A stretch of 64,000 nucleotides of DNA from assembly GCA_965263035.1 (NCBI GenBank), contig OZ253580.1, positions 5,664,001 to 5,728,000 on the forward strand, written 5' to 3'. Of this stretch, positions 51,886-59,828 are shown piece after piece (positions within the stretch are counted from its first letter, which is position 1; each line of letters opens with the position of its first letter). The notes beneath the pieces were generated by a model. That model did no database searches, had not been told where the DNA came from, and saw only the letters and a program-made list of their open reading frames with translations. The position numbers and the translations under genes are program-made. The stretch is from Acidobacteriota bacterium (GTDB lineage: Bacteria > Acidobacteriota > UBA6911 > RPQK01 > JAJDTT01).

Positions 51886-51912
51886 GGGAGAAGGGGACAG
51901 TCACCTTCTCTC
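51886..51912 (+). repeat. REP-like hairpin, second family
   Basis: GGGAGAAGGGGACAGTCACCTTCTCTC. Confidence 0.75.
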
Positions 51913-52006
51913 TTCTCCTTCACTTGGCCCCACGGATAGTGTCGTCGTAAGGGTGTTGTGACTATCCGCGGCGCGGCCGCAGGCCGTCGCGTCTTGACAT
52001 CGACGG

Positions 52007-52195
52007 TCAGAAGGCGTCCGGCTGGCAATCGTAGTCGGAAGAAGCGGGCGCCAGAGGCGGGGCGGGGGAAGGCAGGCCCAGGCACTCAAGGACTTTTACT
52101 GTGGCCGTGGACGGACAAATTGCTGCAACGATTCTCACCCTGCCGCCGCAATGTTCACACTGAAGAACGTCCACCAGAAAGACGCGCTTCATCAA
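52007..52195 (-). pseudogene. C-terminal remnant of an IS91-like transposase
   Basis: KRVFLVDVLQCEHCGGRVRIVAAI...KVLECLGL; cut off at MITE-A copy 3. Confidence 0.7.
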
Positions 52196-52205
52196 CTCCG
52201 CCCAG

Positions 52206-52364
52206 GAGTCTGCGCGGTAGAAATGATCGTAGCGAGAAAGTGGGGAATCGAGGCCGGATTTTCTCGATTTGGAGGTGCATAGTTGTTCTATTCGCCGAGA
52301 AATCGGGGAAATATGGACCGATTCTACCGCTTTCGCAGTAGATCAATTTCTGCGGCGCAGGCTC
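52206..52364 (+). mobile_element. MITE-A copy 3 (159 bp)
   Basis: Flanks CCAG and CTAG. Confidence 0.9.
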
Positions 52365-52678
52365 CTAGGTATAGTTGCGATCGCGCACAGAAAACTCCGC
52401 GCAGGGCTCAGCCTCGACAGTCGGCACGGCGGATTGCTGGGCGGCAGGCTGCGGTTTCACTTCGGTCTCCCTGCCCTTGTCATTCTCGGTTGGAACGATC
52501 AGGGATCGCCACGCTACGGCAGGGCCAAGTACTCCGTGACACCTCGTCAGGTGAGCGCGTGGCGCTTCTGATTTTCCTCTGCGGCGACCGTTTTTTCTAT
52601 TGATGGCGAAAAATGACGCCATTTTTACTATCAATAGACAATACTTCCCAATTCCACCTCGCCATGAGTTCCCCTGCG

Positions 52679-53797
52679 CTACGACGATGACCGGGAATCG
52701 AGCCGGTGAATCGTCGCCGCTTCCATGCCCTCCCAGTCGATCTCCACGCCCAGGCCGGGCCCCGAAGGCGCGACGACATGTCCGTCCGGCCCGGTCCGGA
52801 TCACGTCGTGCATGCCGTATTCGTAGGGTTCCCAAGGCACCGCTTGCTCGAAGTACGTGCTCAGCCCGGTCCCCAGCATCAGGTGGAGGTTGGCGGCGGA
52901 GACCAGCGTGTTGCCCCAGGACATGATCTCGCACCGCATGCCCGCGGCTTCCACCGCGGACAGATACTTCCGGCCCCCCGTGAACCCGCCGGCGACCGTG
53001 ACATCGGTCCGCGCCGCCGACCAACATCGGGTCGCCAATGCGTGCTGGAACGCCGTCAGGTCCTGAATCCAATTCCCGGAGGGAATGATCGGAACCTCAA
53101 CGCTCCTGGTCAGCTCGCGGTAACCCGGCAGGTCGTAGTCCAGCAGCGGAGCCTCGAACCAGGTGAACCCCAGGTCATGCAGCTCCGCTCCGACCCGCCG
53201 GGCACTCCGCAGGTCGTAGTTGTTTTCCACATCCAGCATGAAGGCCACGTCGCCGCCGAATTCCTTGCTCGCCGCGCGGGCCAGCTCGAGGTCTTTTTCC
53301 GGCAGACACCAACAGTGGAACTTCACCGCTCGAAAGCCGAGTTCGATCATTTCTTCGACAAAGCGGAGATACGCCGGAACATCGTCCAGCAGCGGCGTGC
53401 TGGCATACGACGGGATTCGATCCATCGCGCCGCCCAAGAGTTGATGGATGGGAAGTCCGGCCGCCTTGCCCCTCAGATCCCACAACGCGATGTCGATGAC
53501 AGACAGGGCTTGCGGCGGAAGGGGAAAAACCCGCGGCCACAGACTCTGCCAGATCTCCTCCCGCGCCGCCGCATCCCGGCCCACCAGCCCCGGAATCAGG
53601 TGCCGCAGCGTCTCGCAGGTGTAGCGATCGTAATCGTAGGAGGTGTAATTCGAGACGCCGCCGACGCCCTCGTGGCCGTCCTTCGTCGTGATCCGCACGA
53701 TGGTATTGGTCATGTACTGTTCACCCAGGTCGTGCGACCACGTAAAGCGCTGAACCTTCGGCGCCACCACCATGACTTCGACCCGTTCTATCTGCAT
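52679..53797 (-). CDS. Mandelate racemase/enolase-superfamily enzyme
   Basis: IDIALWDLRGK, LLGGA, WFEAP, PSGPGLGVEID. Confidence 0.9.
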   Translation of the reverse strand: MQIERVEVMVVAPKVQRFTWSHDLGEQYMTNTIVRITTKDGHEGVGGVSNYTSYDYDRYTCETLRHLIPGLVGRDAAAREEIWQSLWPRVFPLPPQALSVIDIALWDLRGKAAGLPIHQLLGGAMDRIPSYASTPLLDDVPAYLRFVEEMIELGFRAVKFHCWCLPEKDLELARAASKEFGGDVAFMLDVENNYDLRSARRVGAELHDLGFTWFEAPLLDYDLPGYRELTRSVEVPIIPSGNWIQDLTAFQHALATRCWSAARTDVTVAGGFTGGRKYLSAVEAAGMRCEIMSWGNTLVSAANLHLMLGTGLSTYFEQAVPWEPYEYGMHDVIRTGPDGHVVAPSGPGLGVEIDWEGMEAATIHRLDSRSSS

Positions 53798-53926
53798 GAG
53801 AACCGTCCTCCTGAGGCGATGAGGTTCTGTCCTTGCCGGCCCTTTCTCCTGCGGAAGGAGTTGAGGTTCCCGAGCCCGAAGTTCTCAGCAGGGGCGCGAG
53901 GACTCTTGGGATGGGCTCTTGGCCCA

Positions 53927-54718
53927 TCAGTGTCCGGCGATGATGTCCTGGAGCTGCTTGCCTTTGTCTTTCCAGAAGGAGTAGAGGATCCCCAGGTCGC
54001 CGCCGAGGATGAAATGGCGCACGCCCATATCCAGGTAGGGGCGGGCGTCCCCGGGGGAATGGATTCCCACCTTCGGGTGCACCCCCATCTTCAGGGAGGT
54101 TCGGATCACCCGGTTCCGGGCCGCGGTGATCTCGGGGTCGTCCCACTGGCCCGGCTTGCCGATGTTCAGGGAAAAATCGGCGGCCCCGAACTGGACCATG
54201 TCGATGCCTTCCACGTCCAGAATCGCCTCCAGGTTGTCCACCGCCGATTTCTTCTCGATCATGAGAGCTACGACCGAGTTCTCCAGAATACTCACATAGG
54301 CGTCCGGACCGTCCAGGAAGTACCGGGACACCCGCCGGTCGCCATAGCCCTGATGCCCCACTGATCCCGGGGTCTCGGGTTTCATGGCGGCGACGCATTG
54401 CCGGGCTTCCTCCGGCGTGCGGACGTCGGCGAAGAGGACGTTCTGAATGCCCGCTCCGATGGCCCGGGCCGCCATGAAGGTCCTGGGTTCCTGGTCGATC
54501 TTGATCATGGCGGACAGATGGGGAAACAACTCGGTGACGCGGGCGAAGTGATCCATCCAATGCAGGTCGTAGGGAACGTATTCGGCCTCGAATTCCACGT
54601 AGTCGAAGGTGCCGGCGTGTCCCAGCATTTCCACCACGTCGGGCGAGGAGGTGTAGATGTTGGTGGACACCGTGGTCTCACCGGCGTCGAGCTTCTGGCG
54701 CAGTCGGTTGGGTTTCAT
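53927..54718 (-). CDS. HpcH/HpaI aldolase family
   Basis: FDYVEFEAEY, MIEK, GIDMVQFGAADFS. Confidence 0.88.
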   Translation of the reverse strand: MKPNRLRQKLDAGETTVSTNIYTSSPDVVEMLGHAGTFDYVEFEAEYVPYDLHWMDHFARVTELFPHLSAMIKIDQEPRTFMAARAIGAGIQNVLFADVRTPEEARQCVAAMKPETPGSVGHQGYGDRRVSRYFLDGPDAYVSILENSVVALMIEKKSAVDNLEAILDVEGIDMVQFGAADFSLNIGKPGQWDDPEITAARNRVIRTSLKMGVHPKVGIHSPGDARPYLDMGVRHFILGGDLGILYSFWKDKGKQLQDIIAGH

Positions 54719-54805
54719 TCAGACTCCTTTTCTGGGGGGCAAGGATGACAGAAGAATCTGTCATTATGATATCCGCACTCCAACAGACTGGGATAGAAGC
54801 AGACC

Positions 54806-55858
54806 ATGCCTTCCGCACCCTTGCGAGGCCGCGGCGCCGCCGAGAATCCGGCCAATCGTTTCGAGCCGATTCACTACGTTCCCGACCCGGAAGACGAAGA
54901 GACCCACCCGGATACCCGTCTCTACCGGGACAGCAGCCGGACCATCCTGGCTCGGAACCAGAGTCCGGACGTTGGTTTCGAATTCAGCGTGAACCCCTAC
55001 CGGGGGTGCGAGCACGGTTGCAGCTACTGTTATGCCCGCCCCTACCACGAGTATCTGGGGCTCTCGGCCGGACTGGACTTCGAGACCCGGATCCTGGTCA
55101 AGGAGGACGCTCCCCAGTTGCTGCGGCAGGAACTCCTGTCCCGCAAATGGGAACCGCAGACCATCGCCATCAGCGGGGTCACCGACGCCTATCAGCCTGC
55201 GGAACGCCGGTTGGGCATCACCCGCGCCTGTCTCGAGGTCCTGGTGGAGTTCGGCAATCCGGCGGCCGTCGTCACCAAGAACTACCTGGTGACCCGGGAT
55301 GCCGACCTGCTCTCGGAACTGGCGGAAAAGGACGCGGCCTCGGTGAATCTCTCCATCACCACGCTCGATCCCAAGCTTCAGAGGGCGATGGAGCCCCGGG
55401 CCTCCACGCCGTCGGCCCGGCTGGCGGCCGTTCGAGAACTGTCCCAGCAGGGAATTCCGGTCCGGGTAATGGTGGGTCCCGTCATCCCCGGTCTCACGGA
55501 GCATGAGATCCCTTCCATCTTGGAGGCCGCCTCCGAGGCGGGAGCCACCGCGGCCTCCTACATCCTGTTGCGGCTCCCCCACGGCGTAAAGGAACTCTTC
55601 GAGGCCTGGTTGGAACGCTGCTACCCGGAGAGAAAGCAACGGGTCCTGAACCGGGTCCGGGAAACACGGGGCGGAAGTCTCTACTCCTCCGAGTTTCACG
55701 AGCGCATGAAGGGCACCGGCGTCTACGCCCGCCAGATCGGCGAGCTCTTTCAGGTCAGTTGCCGCCGCCTGGGGCTGAACCGTAAGTCCATGGCCCTTTC
55801 CACCGCTGCCTTTCGCCGCCCTGGAGAGCACCGCCAACTGGACCTGTTTCCCGGTTAG
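54806..55858 (+). CDS. Radical SAM protein, PA0069/SplB-like family
   Basis: NPYRGCEHGCSYCYAR, TDAYQP, LLRLP. Confidence 0.92.
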   Translation: MPSAPLRGRGAAENPANRFEPIHYVPDPEDEETHPDTRLYRDSSRTILARNQSPDVGFEFSVNPYRGCEHGCSYCYARPYHEYLGLSAGLDFETRILVKEDAPQLLRQELLSRKWEPQTIAISGVTDAYQPAERRLGITRACLEVLVEFGNPAAVVTKNYLVTRDADLLSELAEKDAASVNLSITTLDPKLQRAMEPRASTPSARLAAVRELSQQGIPVRVMVGPVIPGLTEHEIPSILEAASEAGATAASYILLRLPHGVKELFEAWLERCYPERKQRVLNRVRETRGGSLYSSEFHERMKGTGVYARQIGELFQVSCRRLGLNRKSMALSTAAFRRPGEHRQLDLFPG

Positions 55859-55924
55859 AACAAACCGACGTTGTGCCGTTCGGTTGAGAAATCCGCACAA
55901 TACAGAGGAGTGATCCTCACTTGG

Positions 55925-56359
55925 TCACGGCATCATCACGGCGATGCCTGGAAGATGGAAGCGCTCGAAATCGGAAACGTTGTAGGTAAGTATCCGGTTT
56001 GCGGATGCCTTCTGTGCACACCGCGCATGCAGTGCATCGTAGATCACACCGCTTGCGAGCCCCAGTTTGGCGACCTGCCGGAGTACGCTCTGGTAATCCT
56101 CGACGGTGAGCTCAATCACCGCCAGGCGCTCCACGAGGCTATCCTGGACCAAAGCTCGTGCCTCGTCAGGCAGGACTCGCGTCGGCAACGGCAGGGCGGT
56201 CAGCGTCGCATAACACTCAGCCAAGGCATGGGTCGAGCAGAACCCTTGGTGTTTCCCGCTGGTATACCGGTGAAGCGCGCCGAATGCGGCTTCGTGATTC
56301 CCAAGCTGATCGACCACTGCAGTGACCAGTACCGAGGTATCGAACAACGTGCGCATCAA
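55925..56359 (-). CDS. PIN-domain (VapC-like) toxin
   Basis: FDTSVLV, AECY, YDALH, TYN..DF. Confidence 0.88.
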   Translation of the reverse strand: MMRTLFDTSVLVTAVVDQLGNHEAAFGALHRYTSGKHQGFCSTHALAECYATLTALPLPTRVLPDEARALVQDSLVERLAVIELTVEDYQSVLRQVAKLGLASGVIYDALHARCAQKASANRILTYNVSDFERFHLPGIAVMMP

Positions 56360-56625
56360 TCGGATACCCTTGGTGGGGTGCGGCGACTGCGTGCGTCTCG
56401 TTCAGCACGGATGAACTCCGTGATGTCCAGGGTCGTTCGAGCGGTACCATGATGCACCAGGATTCCTTTCTTGCGAATCAGCGACGGTGCGGCGCCGATC
56501 TTGTGCAGCCTCAGGCCGTTCGCGGTGCCTTCGATCTCTAACTCCGTCCCGGCCACCAGATTGAAGCGATCACGCAACAACTTCGGCACGACCACTCTCC
56601 CGGCCCGGTCAATGGTAATAATCAT
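56356..56625 (-). CDS. AbrB/MazE-family antitoxin
   Basis: ITIDRAGRVVVPKLLR; overlaps the toxin start. Confidence 0.9.
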   Translation of the reverse strand: MIITIDRAGRVVVPKLLRDRFNLVAGTELEIEGTANGLRLHKIGAAPSLIRKKGILVHHGTARTTLDITEFIRAERDARSRRTPPRVSD

Positions 56626-56687
56626 GGCATCATGGTATTAAGAATGGCACTTAGCGTCAAGACGTCATGACAAGGAGGAGGAGAGTG

Positions 56688-56710
56688 GGGGACAAGAATG
56701 TCCCCCCTCC
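56688..56710. repeat. REP-like hairpin (GGAG-foot family)
   Basis: GGGGAC-AAGAAT-GTCCCC-CCTCC, identical to 59800-59822. Confidence 0.8.
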
Positions 56711-56773
56711 TGGTCGCTCATAGTAGACTGGGCGTCGCCAATACGGACAGATTCAAGATAAGGGAGTATCAGC

Positions 56774-57829
56774 ATGAACAGGAAGCACACCCTCCTCACC
56801 GCGTTGATCGGGCTCTTCGCGGCGGCGATCACTGTCGCTGCCGTCTTGCAGCCTCCGGCCCCCGCCAAGAAGTGGCAGGCGGGGAAGGGCTGGGGTTGGG
56901 TCTGGGGCAAGGACGACGAAGTGGGGGCGCTCAACGAGATGACCGATGCCTCGCGCCTCGCCGCCCTGAAGATGGTCCGGAAGGGAAGGGTCTTCGATCT
57001 GGGACTGAGCTACGACCGGACGTCCTACAAGTGGCCCGGCCACAGTCCGGGCGAGATCATCATGTTCCGGTCTCCCGACGGCGTGAAGAGCCAGAAGGAC
57101 ATCCCGGGGGTGATCCAGGACAATCCCTCCTTGACCGCCTGGCACAGTTGCGCCCTTTTCATCAACGACAACGTGGCGACCCAGATCGACGGGCTGGGGC
57201 ATGCCACCCAGGGGAAGGACAACCATTGGTACAACGGCTTCAAGGAGTCGGATGCGGCAGGCGACTGGGGTATCCGGAAATGCGACGCCACCACCATTCC
57301 CCCCATCGTAGCCCGCGGGGTCATGATCGACGTCGCCGCCTACAGGGGTGTGAAGGTGCTGCCCTCCAACTATGAGATCACCCCGGCGGATCTTCAGGGC
57401 GCGCTCAAGAAGCAGGGAACCACGCTCCGGTTCGGAGACGTGGTCCTGGTCCGGACCGGGACGACCCAATTCTGGGGGACGGCCGGATCGGATCACGAGA
57501 CCATCGACCGGCATGACTCTGCCGGCATCAACCTGGATTCCGCCCGCTGGCTGGTGGAGCAGAAAGGAGCCATCATGGTCGGCGGGGACACCAGCGGGGT
57601 GGAATACAAGCCTACGGCGGCGGACAACAAGGCCTATCGTGAGAAATACGGCTCCTTCATGCCGGTCCACAATTACCTGCTGATCGAGCAGGGAGTCCAC
57701 ATCGCGGAGTTTCATGCCCTGGAGGAGCTCTCTCACAACGGCGTCTACGAATTCGCCTACATCTGCACCGTGAACAAGATCCGAGGCACCGTAGCGGGGT
57801 TTGTCCTGCGTCCCATCGCCGTCACCTGA
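56774..57829 (+). CDS. Secreted cyclase/kynurenine-formamidase-family metal hydrolase
   Basis: Signal peptide, WGKDDEVGALN, TQIDGLGH, GDVVLVRTG, VHNYLL...G...E. Confidence 0.88.
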   Translation: MNRKHTLLTALIGLFAAAITVAAVLQPPAPAKKWQAGKGWGWVWGKDDEVGALNEMTDASRLAALKMVRKGRVFDLGLSYDRTSYKWPGHSPGEIIMFRSPDGVKSQKDIPGVIQDNPSLTAWHSCALFINDNVATQIDGLGHATQGKDNHWYNGFKESDAAGDWGIRKCDATTIPPIVARGVMIDVAAYRGVKVLPSNYEITPADLQGALKKQGTTLRFGDVVLVRTGTTQFWGTAGSDHETIDRHDSAGINLDSARWLVEQKGAIMVGGDTSGVEYKPTAADNKAYREKYGSFMPVHNYLLIEQGVHIAEFHALEELSHNGVYEFAYICTVNKIRGTVAGFVLRPIAVT

Positions 57830-57855
57830 GACCCATCGCGACTAAGGAGAAAGAA

Positions 57856-59433
57856 ATGCGACACCAAGGAACAACGTTGATCTTCGGATTAGCTCTGATG
57901 CTGGCGGCCGGATCGGCCGCGTCGGGTGCGGGTTCGGGCTCGGGTCTTGCCGAAATCGGCTCCCGGACTCAGCTCTTCGTGGATGACTACATGATTCAGC
58001 ATCTGTCCAACGCCAAGCAGGTGCTCAATCCGGCCCAGAAGCACCCGAACAATCCCCTTATCTCCGCCGACCGTCCCTGGGAAGGACACTATCTCGGTCT
58101 CAGCCGCGTCTTCTACGACGAGGAAGAGGGCGTGTTCAAGATGTGGTACCGGAGCAACAACGGCTTCAAGGTCAAGAAAGGCGCCGACATCACCGATTAC
58201 AAGTGGACCGAGAAGGGCGTGGTCCGCGAGAAGGTCCATTCGGCGGAGAGCTACAGCTTCGAAGGCAACGCGAACGGCGACGATTGGTTGACCTGTGTCG
58301 CCACCTCACGGGACGGTGTGATCTGGGAAAAGCCCAGTCTCGGAAAGGTGGAATTCAACGGCTCGACCCGCAACAACATCCTGCCCGAGGAGAGCCGGGT
58401 CCCCACCTTCCGCGACCCCAATGCCACCGACCCGGCCAAACGGTACGTCTCCTTGGGGACCCGGCGCGGGCCCGCTGGGAAACCGGGTTTCATGCTCGAC
58501 CTGTACCACTCGCCCGACGGGTTCAACTGGACGCCCTACGAGAACAACCCGGTTTTGGACACGTCGCCGGAGCCGGGACGGTGGGGACCCACCGTGTTCA
58601 TGGGATGGGATCCTATCCGGAAGGTGTACGCCGCCCACATCGAGAGTTGCCTCCACCGCGCGTGTCCGCTGGGGAAACGGATCATCGGCCGGGCCGAGAG
58701 TCCCGACCTGATCAATTGGGGCCGGGACCAGTTGATCGTCCTGCCCGACGAGGAGGATTCGCCCGACACCGAGTTCTACGCCATGGCTCCCTTCGACTAC
58801 GACGGGGTCTACCTGGCATTCATCCTCATCTTCCGGACCACCAACACCTGGCACTATCCCGAACTGGCCATGAGCCGGGACGGACTCCACTACGAGCGCA
58901 ACTACCGGGAGCCCTTCATCCGGCTGGGAGACTTCGGGGACTTCGACGAATCGACCGTCTACGTCTTCCAGGCTCCCATCGTCCACGGGGACAAGGTCCT
59001 GGTCTACTACTACGGTGGGAACTGGCGCGGCGCCGAAGCGTTGCATGAGAAGGGAGACAAGGGCATCTTCGCCATCGGTCTGGCCACTGTCCGCCGGGAC
59101 GGCTTCGTCTCGGTGGATGCGGGCAAGCTCCGGCCCGGACGACTGGTGACCCGGCCCTTCAGCTTCCAGGGGGACGGCCTCCACGTGACCATGGAGGCGG
59201 CCAAGCACAACTGGGGATCGGGCGTTCCAGAGCTCCGGGTGGAGATCCTGGACTCCAACCAGCGGCCGATTCCGGGCTTCACTCTGGAGGACTCCGACCC
59301 GATCCGAACCAGCGGCCGGCACCGCATGACGTGGCAGGGAAGAAAAGACGTGGGTGGACTGGAGGGTACGGCCGTACAGCTGAGGTTCCACTTCAAGAAC
59401 GCCAAGCTCTTCTCGTTCCAGTTCCAGCCCTAG
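57856..59433 (+). CDS. Secreted glycoside-hydrolase-like beta-propeller protein
   Basis: Signal peptide, QLFVDD, Asp-box repeats (S.DG..W), RRDGFVS, KLFSF. Confidence 0.75.
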   Translation: MRHQGTTLIFGLALMLAAGSAASGAGSGSGLAEIGSRTQLFVDDYMIQHLSNAKQVLNPAQKHPNNPLISADRPWEGHYLGLSRVFYDEEEGVFKMWYRSNNGFKVKKGADITDYKWTEKGVVREKVHSAESYSFEGNANGDDWLTCVATSRDGVIWEKPSLGKVEFNGSTRNNILPEESRVPTFRDPNATDPAKRYVSLGTRRGPAGKPGFMLDLYHSPDGFNWTPYENNPVLDTSPEPGRWGPTVFMGWDPIRKVYAAHIESCLHRACPLGKRIIGRAESPDLINWGRDQLIVLPDEEDSPDTEFYAMAPFDYDGVYLAFILIFRTTNTWHYPELAMSRDGLHYERNYREPFIRLGDFGDFDESTVYVFQAPIVHGDKVLVYYYGGNWRGAEALHEKGDKGIFAIGLATVRRDGFVSVDAGKLRPGRLVTRPFSFQGDGLHVTMEAAKHNWGSGVPELRVEILDSNQRPIPGFTLEDSDPIRTSGRHRMTWQGRKDVGGLEGTAVQLRFHFKNAKLFSFQFQP

Positions 59434-59542
59434 GAGGCTGTCCGAGAACTCGAAAAATCATAGTTTTTGAAAACTTAACCCTTTATAAATCAATAGTTTA
59501 CAAACAATACTTTTTGAAAATAGTCTATTCTCGGACAGCCTC
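59434..59542. mobile_element. MITE-B (109 bp, AT-rich core)
   Basis: Perfect 15-bp IRs GAGGCTGTCCGAGAA / TTCTCGGACAGCCTC with CTAG on both sides. Confidence 0.88.
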
Positions 59543-59546
59543 CTAG

Positions 59547-59704
59547 GAGTCTGCGCCGTAGAAATGATCGTAGCGAGAAAGTGGGGAATCGAGGCCAGAT
59601 TTTCTCGATTTGGAGGTGCATAGTCGTTCTATTCGCCGAGAAATCGAGGAAATATGGACCGATTCACCGCTTTCGCAGTAGATTGATTTCTACGGCGCAG
59701 GCTC
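59547..59704 (+). mobile_element. MITE-A copy 4 (158 bp)
   Basis: CTAG on both sides; 1-nt internal deletion. Confidence 0.9.
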
Positions 59705-59707
59705 CTA

Positions 59708-59822
59708 GGAGCGGCGACTTTCTAGTCGCCGACAGGGGGGCAGGGGGGACGGAGTCCCCACTCCGCGTAGCGTCTTCCAAGTTGGCGAAACGAAGAATGG
59801 GGGACAAGAATGTCCCCCCTCC
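59708..59822. repeat. Cluster of three REP-like hairpins
   Basis: GGAGCGGCGAC-TTTCTA-GTCGCCG; GGGGAC-GGA-GTCCCC-ACTCC; GGGGAC-AAGAAT-GTCCCC-CCTCC. Confidence 0.75.
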
Positions 59823-59828
59823 TGACCC

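Noticed and set aside
2134-54364. Long antisense or alternate-frame ORFs (for example 18201-19814, 28812-30374, 52706-54364)
   Set aside because: Shadow ORFs of GC-rich genes with no recognisable motifs
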